Of a stretch of DNA of 64,000 bases, positions 37,301 through 51,403 are shown in pieces. Made by a program: the position numbers and the translations under genes. The notes under the pieces were generated by a model that saw only the letters and a program-made list of their open reading frames with translations, searched no databases and had not been told where the DNA came from. This DNA is from Euprymna scolopes (taxonomy: Eukaryota), in assembly GCA_053919585.1 (NCBI GenBank), contig CM132789.1; one strand, given 5' to 3'. Every line of letters begins with the position of its first letter. The stretch's first letter is position 1.

Positions 37301-40300
37301 ACCTGGCAGACTTGGCTTGATTTTATCCTCTGGTTTTGCATAAACAATGGTTGTCGTCGGTTTTTCCGGTACTGTTGGACCTTTTGTTTCAGCTTTCTTG
37401 GTAGGCGTGGATGGCTTTGATGCTATTGTAGGGGTTGCTTGATTCTTCTCCTTTTGCAGAGATGGTTTTGGTGGCACTTCTGGTTTCTGTGGAGATTTCT
37501 TTTCATCCAGCTTCTTTTTCACTGCATCACAAACTGCCTTGCCCGCCAAAACTGGGCCAAGTATTGGAGCACCAACAACGGCAAGAAGTCCCATTTTCAC
37601 AGCTTCTTTAGCATTTAATTTCTGCCCACTTTTTGGATCAAGGATCTTCCCAGACTTTTGGTCAACGATCCCCCTTTCTATAGCCTCTGCTAATGGTACA
37701 TTTTCATTTTTTCTACTATCATAAACTTCCATGTGGGACCCAGAGTCCAGACCCTTTTTAATGACTGTGTCTACAGAAAGCACCTGTTGTGTTTTTGGAT
37801 CAAATATATTACTGGATCCCGGCTCGTACATGCTCTCAACAATGTGCCTGTCGATAGCAGACTTCAATGGAACTTTTTTCAGATTTTTTGTATCAGTTAC
37901 TTCTGCAGTTCGCTTATCAACTAATCCAAGTTTTAGTGCTTTTTCAAATGGAATTTTTTCATTGGTTGAAAGGTTTTCCACAGAAATAAAGTCAACGCTG
38001 ATGAAATTATTCTTTATGGCTTGCTCAAGTGTGAATTGTTGTCCTTTTTTGCTAAGGAAGAGACGTTTGTCGGCGTCAAAATATCCAAGAGCAACAGCAT
38101 CAAGAAGATTAATAGACTTTTGGTCCTCCTCTAGAGCCAAATCTTGCAGACGTGAGCGATCCGTTTCATTTTTAATCATTCCAGTGTTTGGATCAATTTT
38201 GTTGGTCTGGAAACATTCTTGCAGAGTATATTTGGCACCAGTTTTAGAATCGGTAATGGCTTCCTTCTCAATGTTAATAATTCCTTGGTCAATTGCTTCG
38301 GAAATAGTCATTGTTGTTCCCAAAGAAGGCACAGTGATCAATCCAGTATCTTGGTCGATAAGGCCTAACCGTGCTGCTTCTGCATATGAAATTCCAACAT
38401 TAAGAGGTTGGCCATCCTGTAATTCATCCAATTTAGAGAGACGTTCTCCCGAAGGAAGCAGAGAATCGTCAACATTTCTCTCAACGTCAAACTCAATATT
38501 TATGGATTCTGTAGCGAGAGATTGATTGCTAACACCCCCAGAAGCCGTGACACCAGATTTTTCTAGTTTCATATCGATGAGAGTTGGAGATTTTGGTGAA
38601 GTGGTACTCTTATCAAGAATTTCAGGTTGTGTAAGGGTAGTACTTTCTCTGTCTGCAGCTGTCGAAGAAGTAAGTTGGGAAATATCTGTAGTTTTAGACA
38701 TTTTGATGAAACCTTGTTTTAAAGCGTCTTTCAAATCCAAATGCTCTCGAGATCTAGAATCGAAGAATGTGTTTTGATCCACATCTACGATCCCTTCTTT
38801 CATGGCTTTTGATAGAGATATTTCTTTGCCAGTTCTCGGATCGACGACAGAAGTCACTTTACTCAGTGGAAATTCAGGTGATTCTGCCATGATACTACTT
38901 TTCAGAACGTCTTCCGTGTTTTGTTGTGAAGTCACCTCGCCGTGAATCAGGCCCTTTTCAAGAGCTGCTGTTATAGCCATAGTTTCACCTGTGGAAGGGT
39001 TTGTATAAAGACCCTTTTCAACACTGAGGACACCTTTTTCTACGGCACTATCGTAGGACACCATTTCCATAGTGACAGGATCAATAACGCTTGTAATGCT
39101 CAAGGTGACCGTTTTTGAAGCGACATCTTCCACTATGGTCGTCTCAAATGCCTCTTCATCTTCAGTGATATGGATGCTACTGATTTCGACTCTCTCTGTC
39201 TTTGGGAGCTCAGCAGTTTCTGTGAATATCAGCCCTTTGTGAATGGCATCATCTAATGATGAGATTTCACCTGTCATAGGGTTCGTGTAAGTTCCTTTAG
39301 CGGGGCTAAATATTCCTTCATTCATGGCTTCGTTGACAGACATCTTCTTTCCTGTTCTTGGATCGAGTACAGAAGACACTGCTACGGTTGTCTGCTTAGT
39401 AGTAATGATACGGTTGCCATCTTGTTCAATGGTTGGCACAATTGAAGAAAGTTCAGCATCAATAAGTTTCTTTTCAATTGCTTCCGTGATAAACATCTTT
39501 TCCATGGTCAAAGGGTTGACATAAAGCCCTCGACTTGCATCGATGATTCCCTCGTCGATGGCTTCAGCCACCGTCATTACCTCGCTTGTCACAGGGTGAA
39601 CAACACTGTTCAGGTTAAACGTTTTCGTTTCTCGTACCCAATCTGCTTTTATAGCTTGTGGTACGGAGCTCAAGTCTTCAGCTATAACAAGACCAATTTC
39701 AATAGCTTGACTAATCGGTATTCGCTTCTCCTTGCCATTTTCAAATCCAACATACTGGCCTTTGTCTTGATCTAAGACTCCTTGGTGAATAGCTTGGCTT
39801 ACACTCAACCGTTCCTTGGTGATTGGATCAAGGACTCCAGTGATTGAAAAGGCAACTGTCTCCTTGATCGGGCCTTCAGCCACTTGAGGTGGCTCACTTG
39901 TATATTCGGCTACGATGAAGCCCTTCTTCACAGCTTCATTTATTGGCAGCTTTGTGCCAGTCGTGAGGTCGGTGAAGTGACCAGAGGTTAAATCTAAAAT
40001 TCCATTCTCGATGGCTTCATCTACATCGATGGTTTTTTTAGTTCTTGGATCAACAACAGATTTTATGAACATGTTGCGAACTTCTGAAATAATGGCTTTA
40101 ACTGGTTTCGTCATTGCAATTTGGGTAAATGTATAGTTTTCAGCAGATTTACTGACAAAAGCTGATTCAATAATGGACTCCTGAGACCTGGCAGCATCTG
40201 GAGACGTTCGAGTGACAGGATCTTTCGCAGACTGATGAAAATCTGGTTTGGGAAGTGAATCGGTACTATCAAATCCTATTCCAGGAAATTGTCCTGGAAC

Positions 40301-42376
40301 ATTACTCGATGGCCATTGAGTGGATAAACAAAGTAATCCTCTATAAATAGCATCTTCAATCGTCATCATTTCCCCTGTATTCGGATCTTTGAATGTTCCG
40401 GCTTGTTCTGCTAGTAGACCCTTTGACACTGCCTCGGAGATGGTTATCGGTTTTGGCACAGCCTTTACAGGCTCAGACTCTACACAAGTTGTAACGGTCG
40501 TAGAAATGACTAGTGGACTAACTAAATCCAACAACATCTGTGCACTGTCTGGCGTCATAATCTGTTCTGCGACAGCACGCTGTACTGGCAACAGATTACC
40601 CGATTTATCTAATATGTTTCCAGATTCTATGTCTAAAATTCCTTCATTAATTGCTTCAACAACTGACAGCATTTTACCACTTGGATCTGCAATCATTTTC
40701 TGAGTTAGTCGATCAGCAATTCCTTCATCGATGAAACCATGCTTGGCTGCATCGATAATGGAGAGTTTCCTTCCTGTTTGAGAATCAACAAACTCACCCT
40801 GAGGTGTCAAAACACCGGATTGGAATGCTTCTGGGATGGACAAGAGAGAACCTGTATTGATGTCAAGTACAGTTTTAGGTGGGAAGGAAATATCTTCGCT
40901 GGCAATCTTGATATGACCTTCAGAGAGGGCATCATAGATTGAAAGCTTTTGTTGCGTGGCAGGCACGGTTATCTGCCCATTATAGTCCAGAATACCCCTT
41001 TGAAGGGCATCGTTAAATGAAAGGACATCATTAGTTTTGGTCATAATCAAACTTTTTGTATCGGCATTAAGAATTCCATTGTTGATGGCTGCGGCAAATG
41101 TGACTGTCTGGTTTGTGTTTGCATCGAATATTGAACCGTCTTCCCTGAGAGCACTTTTGTGCACGATATCCGACAAAGTCATAGGTTGAATGAGCAGCTG
41201 TCTGCGATGAGCCTCCGACAATGAAATCCACTTACTCGAATTCACATCCAGAAACTGTCCAGATTGTGGGTGAATAATACCCTTAGCGACTGCTTCTGTA
41301 AGGGAAATCAATGCAGCACCTTTTGTGGGGCGAATCTCTTTAAGAGAAGGATTAACGTAACCCTTCTCAACAGCCTCCAAGATCGTCATCTCCTGATCTG
41401 ATATAGGATCACATATTTTACACTTCAATTCATCATACATCCCCTTTTGCAGAATCTCTGCTAAGCCAAGCGCTTTATCAGCACCTGGGAAACTTTTAAG
41501 CCCAAACAAAGCTTGGGATTGAGTAATTTCGCTGACATTTACAGCTGGGCTTATGCCAAGCATGCTGGGTAATTTAGAGGAAATCAATCCTTGTTCATTG
41601 GCATCTTTGACTGGGATCATATTTCCAGTTAAAGGATCAACCACTTTGTTAGTGACTGGATCAAAAAGACCTTTCTGAATAGCTTCTGTTAGAGTGCATT
41701 CCTTGCCTGTGTTTGGATCAATAAGGCCACATGCCGTGTGTAATTGCTGCTGGATTTGGCCGCTGACGAAACCATGTTTGACAGCATCGGAAAGAGGTAT
41801 TTGGGCATGCGTCTTTGGATGGATGAACATGCAAGATTTCTTATCAAGTAACCCTGACTGGAATGCATCCAATGCCGTCATCTTTTGTTTTGTGATAGGA
41901 TTTAGAACAGCGGAGATTTCTAGCACGTTGCCCGGACTTGTTTCAACCTTTGACTTGACCACACTGATCACATTCTGTATTACTTTGCCTTTCGGCTTTG
42001 AAATATGTAAAGTAGTGTCAGAGGGCAGATTGCCATTCACAGAGGATACCTCTGGAGCTTCAGATATGTCGGATAAAGCTACACCTTTGGCATCTCTGCC
42101 GACTTTCTGGATAGATTTCACTGATGTTTTGGTTGTAGACGAGAAAGAGCTGACAGTGTCCAGGGAAGCTAACGGAGAGTGTTGGGAAATGGTAGACACA
42201 GATGAAGTTGATGTGGAACTCATGTAGCTGGCAGGGATGCTGCAAAGGCTATCAAATTCATTGAATTGCTGGAAAAACTCCTGCATATCTTCATCCACAA
42301 GCATGGATGAACGTTTTGCCAGTTCAGCACGGAATGTTCGAAGAAGAGGGATATTTTCGTCTATTACCATTTGAAA
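31319..42376 (-). CDS. MACF1: Spectraplakin giant exon 1: plectin (plakin) repeat domains, 3,686 codons
   Basis: Covers the 3709-aa ORF. Acceptor tttactttcag|TTT CAA ATG at 42376 and donor GAT TCC|gtaagt at 31319. 11,058 nt, phase 0/0. Dozens of 'DPxTGxx(M/L)S(L/I)xEAIxxG(L/I)(L/I)D' plectin repeats. Confidence 0.95.
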
Positions 42377-44726
42377 CTGAAAGTAAAAAAAAAAAAAAAG
42401 ACATAAAAAATTTTTGCCAGAATTATTTGTACATCATTAAAACCATCCAATATTTTTGTTTTCATTTAATCGATTGATGAAATATAAATAAGGCATTTTT
42501 TTTTTAACCATGATAAACATTGGAAAGGATATATCAATATTAACCAAATAGCCTGTCTTTTTGAGACGATCCTCCTCCATCCAATAAATTTAATTTGATG
42601 GAAGATGCAAGACAGCCTTCAGCATATTTTATGCTGCCAGCAGGCTGACTGCATTTCATTTACTATTCTCTACCAATGTCTCAGCCTGAAGTCTCTGCCA
42701 TCCGTCTTGCTGTAACAAAGTCTTGATAGTTTGAGCAGACAACTCATTGCCAGGAGAGGGAATTAATTTGTGATGTACGATGTAATTCTATATCCGTGTC
42801 TGGATGGTAAAAATGCATCAGCAGGCAGCTGAGGATGTGGGCAACAATCATCAGGAAAGATTTGTTCAAGTTCTGATTCTTAAGTGTTTGGTCTTTTATG
42901 ATGGAATCACAATAGGTTAATCTATCTTGCACAGGAGTGCAGGGCACGAATCAGCAATGTACGAGACACAATGCTGGCCAGGGAAGATTCTTGCTCAACT
43001 TGATCAAGGTAAATGCTGTTGCAACAACAACAAAATCAAGATTTGAAGTATGAGTAAATAAAGATATTTGTCATTTCTTTATTTGAGGAAAGATTTTATA
43101 GGCTGAATGTCCTTCCTAATGGCACCTACCCAGTGAGGTGATGTGGACAGTGATTTTATTGAGGCACAATTGCTAGATTATTGCTTACCAAGGCTAAAAG
43201 GCACTTCAGATGCACCTAATTATATTTTTTATTTGTTTTTCATTTAAAGAAAAAATAATTTTATTCACAAATTCTGTGCTCTGCTAATCTTCCATTAAAA
43301 ATATACCAAAGGGAAATTGCTAACACCTTTGTTGAGACATGGATATGCAGCCAGTATACTCTCACTAACCAGTTTTCAGTTACTGTTAGTTTCAGAATTA
43401 GTCCCCAAAAACTAATATTTAGCAACAGGAAGTGATCAAGTCTTGTTTTCTTGGTATGATTGACCCTCAGCTACTACTTTCTCACATCTACAAGTGATAT
43501 AGGGACGAATATCTGATTGAAGAAAGACCAGGTTTGATAATACAATGATTTTTTTTTTGTACAAAAATAATAAATAAATAAAAAATAAAGTTAAAAAATG
43601 AAAAAAAAAATAAAAAATACAATCAACCTTAAAGATGAATTGTTTAATTTTGAATGAAATGGTAATAAAATTCAGTCTTTAATAAAGTAAATAGATAAAT
43701 AATCACACAAAATAACACCCCGCCCTCCAAAAAAATTCTGTAACATTAAGAATTATGTCAAATTGGTTTAAATAAAAACGTAAAAAACATAAAATAATTC
43801 TTGATTAGAAAACAAGAATGAATATTCTTAAAATCTGTGCAATTACTCTGCATATTCAGTAACGAAAATGCTATTTTCAATTTTTTGAGCTGTTATATAT
43901 ATGTGCTGGTCATTTGATTACATTTGTAAAATTCAGCCTTTGTGCTACATTGGCTGATTTTATATTTTTATTCACTGGATCAAAAAGAAAGGAAATGGTC
44001 CCAAAATGTCTGGATCTTATTTACAAAGTTGAGATTTCTGATAGTTTAAGATTTATGAAAGATCTACTAGACCATAAAATTTTTCTTTCAATATGAACAG
44101 ATGTTTTGCTTCCAATTTATTCCAAATAATACATTTCTACCAATACAGACCAAGTAGGTTTTTGGAAAAAATACATCAAACATTTGCTTTCATATAAACA
44201 GAGATTGCAAGGCTCCATATTTTATGCCCCCCCCCTCCCCAAATCTGAATAAACAATATTTTTAAAGTCCAAGTTAGAATGCTTTGTAGCATGAGAAAAG
44301 TTACCCCTTACCTGTGGCCCAAAATAAAATATCCAATCAAGATTCATTAATGGATAGATCAACTATAGCTATAGAGTGAATGGGCATGTATGTGATTGGG
44401 ACCGTCAAAGATTATAGTTTGCTTGACAAACAAATGGCTGAAGAGGTTAAAACAAGTCAGCTTACCTGCACCTAAGATGTACTTATTTCTGTTATGGGAA
44501 GAGCATCTTATACCATCTACCATCATTACTATCTACTATCATTAGACAAATATTCATAAGTCTGAATATAGACTTGATGAAAGCTTCGATTTCACCATGT
44601 GACAAACAACCTGTGCGTCCAAGGTATAACAATCAAAAAAATGTCTTGGGATACATCGACTTATTATTGTTGCAATCACATACGCCATCAAATAGTCAAG
44701 ATGAAAATTACTTTTTCAATTCTTAC

Positions 44727-44945
44727 CTTCATGTCGACATTAGCTTCAGATAAAATAGCTGTTATGTCTTTTAGTCTATTGCTAGTCCACTGAACCAGAT
44801 TCATAAAAATAGAATTGAGTAGATCCAACTCCTCTCGAATAATTTCAGCACCAGATTGGAGGGACGGTTTCTTGGCATCAGCGACGGTTAACCAATCATC
44901 CAGTGCCACACTCTCTTTGTACTGCTTCAATTTCTTGTCATAAAT
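44727..44945 (-). CDS. MACF1: Spectraplakin exon, C-terminal end of plakin domain
   Basis: ttttatttcag|ATT...AAG|gtaaga. 219 nt, phase 0/0, IYDKKLKQYKESVALDDWLTVADAKKPSLQSGAEIIREELDLLNSIFMNLVQWTSNRLKDITAILSEANVDMK. Matches in pattern the 'YELQL...KR..QS..D.I.QE...L' end of the MACF1/DST plakin domain. Confidence 0.9.
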
Positions 44946-45779
44946 CTGAAATAAAACAAAAGCAAAAAAAAAAAAAAGTTAAGTTTTGTTTAAATAAATT
45001 TTGATCATTTTGAGACAGTATTAAAGTTACTAATAGTAATTTTTAACGATAATTATTTTCACCTTGCACGAGGAATTTGAAAGAAGTATAAAACACATGT
45101 GTATACATTTACAAAGCTAAACTATTATTTTAATAAGATATGCCTATGATAGACATCATTAGTGCAAAATACCATCATAAACTGAAATCCATAGGATATC
45201 ATTACAATGAAATTGTTCCTATAAAATTACAGTGTGATTAATAGAAAAAAATCAGTACATAGAAGGCAAACCATGAAGTCTATAAAAAGGACTCTAGAGA
45301 AAAAATTCCATGAAGAAAAAAAAAAAATTATTCTAGAATCTTTTAACAAACAACTTTTCAAGTTAATTAGTTTGCTTAAATATATTTAAGGAATGTCATT
45401 TTCATCTGATATAAAATATTTAACTGATTTAATGTTGAAATTTAATTCAATTTAATCTTAACACATCTCTAAAATCGATCTGGCATTGCCTGCCAGTATC
45501 TAGCCAGTACAGATCACTGGACTGTTTGTTCTAATTGCAAAGTGATAACTGGACACCATTTTAGAAAGCCACTAGGACCAGGTCTTAACCTATTTAGTAG
45601 TCAAAAGTTACAAAGCAATTGATGCTAAGGTTAAGCCCATTATTTAGTAGTTTCTATCAACCAACTTCAACGGAAACCAAGTTATTTTATTATAATAGAA
45701 TAGATAAACAAGAACATAAATCAGTCATGAAACTGCCTGACAATATAAGGATAGGCAAATAGTTTTATCTGTGCTTTAC

Positions 45780-46258
45780 ACATGACACACGTTTTATCTG
45801 TGCATACTACATGAAGTTATGCCATGGAATGTTCATAACTAAATCTATCTGACCAGGCTGAAATTTTGCATGGTGATTAATATTAGCAAATAGCACCAGA
45901 TCCCTACATCAAATTTTGAAAACAATCCCCTCCCCCCTAAAACAAAGGAAATTGGAATTCCATCCAAATTTCAACAATCACCAAACTTTTCAAGATAACA
46001 GATTTCATTGACTACAATATGGGTCAAGTACCAAGCCTCTATGATGAAAAGAACTGAAGTTATTGCCAAAAGTGTGACTTTCACCTTTTCCATTATTTTG
46101 ACCATAGACAGATATCCCAAAATTAGATTAGTTCTAAAACCATAGCCAATACTTTGACCAAATTTCGTTATGAGTGTTTAAGCGATGTGGACATTAGCCT
46201 GTACACTAATAGTGACACATAACCTAAAATGTAACCTCCAACTTGGTGAAAGTAATAA
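45780..46258 (+). mobile_element. Helentron/DINE-like non-autonomous element
   Basis: Motifs gaaattttgcatgg and accaaatttcgt, with a terminal hairpin-like aacctccaacttggtgaaagtaat. Confidence 0.4.
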
Positions 46259-46269
46259 TATAGTCATTT

Positions 46270-46270
<1 letters not shown>

Positions 46271-46346
<76 letters not shown>
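46271..46346. repeat. (TA)n(GT)n microsatellite
   Basis: Direct read. Confidence 0.95.
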
Positions 46347-46348
<2 letters not shown>

Positions 46349-46882
46349 AATAACAGTTTTGGAACTTACAAAAAGTGAAAATAAATAAACTTAAAATATA
46401 TTGGAGGCAAGTGCACTTCAGAATTGAGAAATATTAAATGGAAGATTTTTTTGCGGATCTTCATTGCTATTGATAAAACATCTAATGTCTCCTGTGAGAG
46501 TTTAAAAGTTGGAATTGAAAAGCATTTAATCAAACTTTGATTCTAACTAACCAATTTTTATTTGTTATTGTTGTATCAGGTTATTGGTAATGCCTTACAA
46601 TTTATTTTAAAATTATGACAGGAAAAAAAAATCAAAATCACCAAAGTGAATAATTCATTAATTAAATACAAAGAGTTGTCTACCTTAAAACTAAAGTTTT
46701 ATTATTTTGTATAAGTTTTAAAAATGTGCAGAGAAATATTTACAACTAAAATTACTTCACTGCACATTCCGATTAAGAGATAAATTTAAATTAAAAATAT
46801 TTTTATTGCCAATTCAGTTGTATTTGAACACACAGCATATTTAAGAGAGATGAATGATTTATAAAATCTCTAAGACGAAAGG

Positions 46883-46913
<31 letters not shown>

Positions 46914-47489
46914 CAGACGGATTATAGTTTGCTTTGCTAACATATTCAAATATTTTATTTTTCAATAGTTCTGTAAGAGAATTAACGGGGCTTCTTTAAA
47001 ATCACACCATCATGAAAAACAAAAACATTTTTTTAAATTTAAATTGGAGTCAATATGTCAATGGTGATAAACTCTTAAGAATATTGATGCATTTCAATAT
47101 CAAGTATTTAGTGTTTGTATACAGTAGCACAAAAAAATCATTAATTCAATGCTTAGGTTCATGAAGCATTAAAACTAAGGTTCACAAAGCAATTATGCAT
47201 CAAATCGTGATCATTTTGTGTTACCATAATTTAAATATGGAGAAAAACTATTGCAAACGAAAGTTGTTATTTTAATGGAAAAGTTTAAGTGACATCTAGA
47301 AGTCAAATGTGACTTCAGTAAAACGAAAGTCAGCAAAGTCATGTGAATTTCTCACTCTTTTTAGCGACCCTTAAGACAAAGATGTGAAGATCTGCATTCC
47401 CTATTTTAGCCTCATCAAGAGCAAGGGAGAGGGTGCACAACATAACCTAATAAGTATACAACACAGATCTCTCTCTCAATATATATATA

Positions 47490-47995
47490 TAAGCAGGCCA
47501 CCCGGTGTTGCCCAGTCGTAAAATATGGATAAACATATTTTAATTCATACAGAAACCGAGACATGTGCATGCAAGTATGTTTTTTTAACTAAACAGTTCA
47601 CTTCTTGTAAGTAAAAAAAAAAAATACTCAAGCTGAAATTAAAATCAAAAAGACAGAGTCAAGTATGATAACCATTAAGCCAGCTTGACGATCTTTAAAA
47701 TGTTTTCAAACCTACTTATTCTTAAAGAATCTGTCACGTGAACGATTCACACATGCACAATTGTGAAACAGTTGACAAACAGATAAAAATCCGACAACTC
47801 CCATGTACCAATTTTTCAATTTTGACCCCCTTAGCAGCTGCTTTTTCCAAATGAAAACTGATTAAAAAGTTTTCCACATGTCTGCATACCCTATATACCA
47901 AATTTTAAGTCTGTAGATCAAATATTCTTTGAGTATATAAGTTGAAAATTGTCCTCTCACACACTCACATTTCTCACTTTTATAAATAAAATATA
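47490..47995 (-). mobile_element. Helitron-like non-autonomous element
   Basis: Starts cccggtgttgcccagtcgtaaaatatg...atattttaattcat (a related copy is at ~2895-2970) and ends ctcacttttataaata next to a TA tract. Confidence 0.5.
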
Positions 47996-50947
47996 TATCT
48001 TGTATGCACATAACATCTCTGCTTCTACCTTTCTAAGAAATAAGCCTCATATATTAACATCAGTGTCAGTGACTTTTGTCTACAGATGAACCAGAACACG
48101 AGATTCCAACAACAGGTGTATAAAATTATACCTGCCTCGCTAAGTTAAAACATGTTAACATCTGTAATTGCATCATGTAATAAATTAAATTTCAAATTAA
48201 AAAATTATTATCGAAATTCATCAATAAGTTAATGAGTATCAGAATAGACATGCCTAAAATTGGCTCAATTTTCATGGTGGTGTTATTGTAAAGAAGCAGC
48301 AGATAAACCTTTTGGTTAGGAAGCACCGTTATATTATTAAGTAGCGAAATGAGTAAAATTTAAAAAAGGCTTCAAAATGAGATGAATGTGAAGCACTACT
48401 GGTTAACGACACAAAGCGATTAACAAAAAACAGAAGTCTTTCAGTTTGCCTATTTGATGGATATATTATTTGCAGATACAAATAAGAATCGAGAAATCAT
48501 TCAGAAAAGGATTTAAAAAAAATAAAAAATAAAAAAAACTGACAAAAGAAAATTTGATCCACAATGAACACATATCACATTCATTCAAATACCATTGTGC
48601 TAAAATCTAAAATTTGAATCCACCACAAAAAAAAAACCCTGAATTTTAATTCATCCTATAATAAAATGGCAGTAAAATTAATTTTAATTTTTGCTAAAAT
48701 TGTCTGCAAAAATGTGAATTCTTGTGATACTTCCTCATTACCTAGCATGCGACAATATTGCAGGCATTCATTGAATTAAAAAGGTGCAAAAAGTGACAAT
48801 GTAAAAGAAAATACAAAAAAAATAAAACACTTAGAACTGATTAATAAAAAAATATTAGGCTTTAAAGCAATTTTTCATCAAAGCCATTTAAAATTTATGA
48901 ATATATGTTTGAATATTTATTATTTTTACTAGGAACGTGCTACAATTAAATTACAAGAGGATTCATTAAAAAAAAAAAAAAAAAAAAAAAAAATCACGCC
49001 ACAAACTTAAACTGTAAAATCCCATAAATCCACAATGATACAATCATTATAATTACAGCGATTTGTAGCAAGTTATCCTTAATGAAGTGGAGTTAATAAC
49101 TTCACAGTGAACGGATCAGAAATCTAAACTAGTTCCCCTTCTGCTACCTCAGATTATCACTTCATTCATAGTTAAAAGAAGGAGAGATTGGTTTAATAAC
49201 TTCAGTACAAGGTATTCAACAATAGCAGCAGTTTTAAATCGGACTTGAACCCAGAATACTAAATACTAACCCAACTAGTGTTATCTATTAAAAAACATTT
49301 ACTTAAAATAGAAAAGTATACGTTTTTCAAAATACCTTTTAACCATTTTAGACTTGCTAACGTCTTTAACAGAAAAGTTGAATGAGAATACATCATTATC
49401 AATCAGAAGAATTATAAAAGAGGTTATATTATTGGATAGTTTCAAATTTTTTAAGATTTTGCCAAACGTTGGATCATAGAATCAGTTTGCTTCAAATATG
49501 ATTACTTCCCAAACAAAAAGTTAAAAAAAAGTTCAAAATGAAAAAATAAGTAAAAAATATGCAATGTTTTTTTATCATTTCGAAAAAAGAAAGATTTTTT
49601 TTGTATATAAAATAAATTTAACTCCAAATAAAAATATTTTTCTGGTGTAAAATAAATTTAACTACCAATAAGATTATATTTAAATCAAATTTCAAAACGT
49701 ACATATTTATTTGGTTTGGTTTCCTCACCTGCATTGCTGCCATTTTAATAATGCTTTGGCCTTATACTCTCTGACCATATAGTGACCTCATGAAATTTCA
49801 AATTGAAACCTTTTAATGCATTTTGATATATTGTCCTTCAATGTCGATTAGATATTGAGTATCAGTTATTTTTTCTCAAGGATTGAACTCAATCTCTAGA
49901 TTTAATTCATACTAAAATGAATTTTATAAAACACCTATATCCAGCGGGTTATGCTTTTGGTGGAACAAAACACTTTAAGAAGGCTGTAGAGCAGAACAAC
50001 TGAGACACAGAAAATGACAGCAACCAAGATGAGGAAAGACAGTTAAAAATATGTACAATTTCAAAATTATTCAAGTCAATTAGAAAATCGTTTCTAATCT
50101 TTAAAACACTTAGTCATTTTATAAAGCCAATCAAAATATTTAAAAAAAAAAAAAATACAAATATGATAATTAAACTCCTTCAAACTGATTAGAAAAAAAA
50201 AAAAAGATTTAAAAACTGTTTCACATTTAAAAACATTAATTTCTTTATTTCAGTAATCAACTTTAATCAAATAATTTTAAATGTTTTTTTTAATATTTAA
50301 TGTTTAAAAATAGTTAATAAAATAAAATTTTAATTGCATTCTTTTGATATTTTTAAAGTTTTGTCTTCAACGTTTATTTTTAAATCGTGTTGCCCGCTAA
50401 TGTACTTATTTGTAATTTGTTTTGATTTTCTTTTTTTTTTTTTTTTTAAACTATGCGATTTTGTCTCCCGCCCCGGAGATTTTTTGTTCCAATTAAATGA
50501 AAGTAACAATGGATGAATACAGAATTACATCTTTTTTTTTTTTTTTTTAAGATCGCAGAAATTTGAAAATAATTCCAACATAGACAGTGTTTTCTAGAAA
50601 GGATTAAATTAAATTATATTTTATTCTTAATATGTTGCAACAATCTATAAGAGAAACTGATGAATTAGAAACAAAATAAAAAAAACTATTGATGACAAAG
50701 AAACAATAACGGTACTGAATTTACTTTATATATTAGGAGATATTTGTTAAACAGAAGGAAACTAAATTACATAAAAATGGATTGCATTCAAATGTCAGGA
50801 TTTGTTTTAATATTGCTTTTGTTGTCAATTGTAAGAAAAAAAATTTATTCCAAGATTTTTTGTGAACTTAATAAATTAAATATTTCTATATTATTCATAA
50901 GGTTAATAATGAAAGCAACTTTCTGCTACCATCTCCATGGTAATTGA

Positions 50948-51025
50948 CTATCGATCTTTCAGTTCACTTTCGAACCATTTTGATTTCAAACCATTCATCT
51001 TAGCATATTGGCGATAAAGCTTCAT
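50948..51025 (-). CDS. Candidate alternative terminal exon (MKLYRQYAKMNGLKSKWFESELKDR*)
   Basis: Acceptor tctccctgcattctatatcaatttcatatgtag, phase-0 open frame of 25 codons plus TAG, AATAAA at 50844-50849 on the minus strand. Sequence-only prediction. Confidence 0.45.
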   Translation of the reverse strand: MKLYRQYAKMNGLKSKWFESELKDR

Positions 51026-51403
51026 CTACATATGAAATTGATATAGAATGCAGGGAGAAACAGATCAATGCTTTTCCTACAAAAAGCAAAACCGGCAATA
51101 CAAATATATACTGTATCCACAAATTCATTTTTCTTCCTTCAAAATAGCATCAATATCATTCACTAATCTACCACAGTTGCTATGCCATCACATAATTATG
51201 AATAGAAGAGAAAAAAACCCAACAAGATCCATTCAACTGTGAATTTGCATTGAAACAGCAGTGTTATAATTGATCCATAGTAATGACAACAGATCTAGAA
51301 GACTGCTGTTCGTCAGTATAAATAAGCTTATTACAGTCCTGCAGGTGTTGAAAAGTGGCAGGGTAAAAGACTATTAGCAGAGGAGGCTGATTTACATGGT
51401 TAC

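Noticed and set aside
20343-42227. Plus-strand ORFs overlapping the giant exons (e.g. 37731-38525, 264 aa; 41694-42227; 33018-33491)
   Set aside because: Antisense shadows of a long coding exon; Ser/Ile/Phe-rich with no recognisable domain.
18590-42370. The two large ORFs as independent intronless genes (plectin/epiplakin)
   Set aside because: Both have in-frame splice acceptors just upstream of the called starts and donors before the stops, and sit collinearly between plakin and spectrin exons of one gene.
44466-44471. Possible 6-nt microexon tag|GTGCAG|gtaagc (VQ)
   Set aside because: Poor pyrimidine tract; cannot be distinguished from chance.
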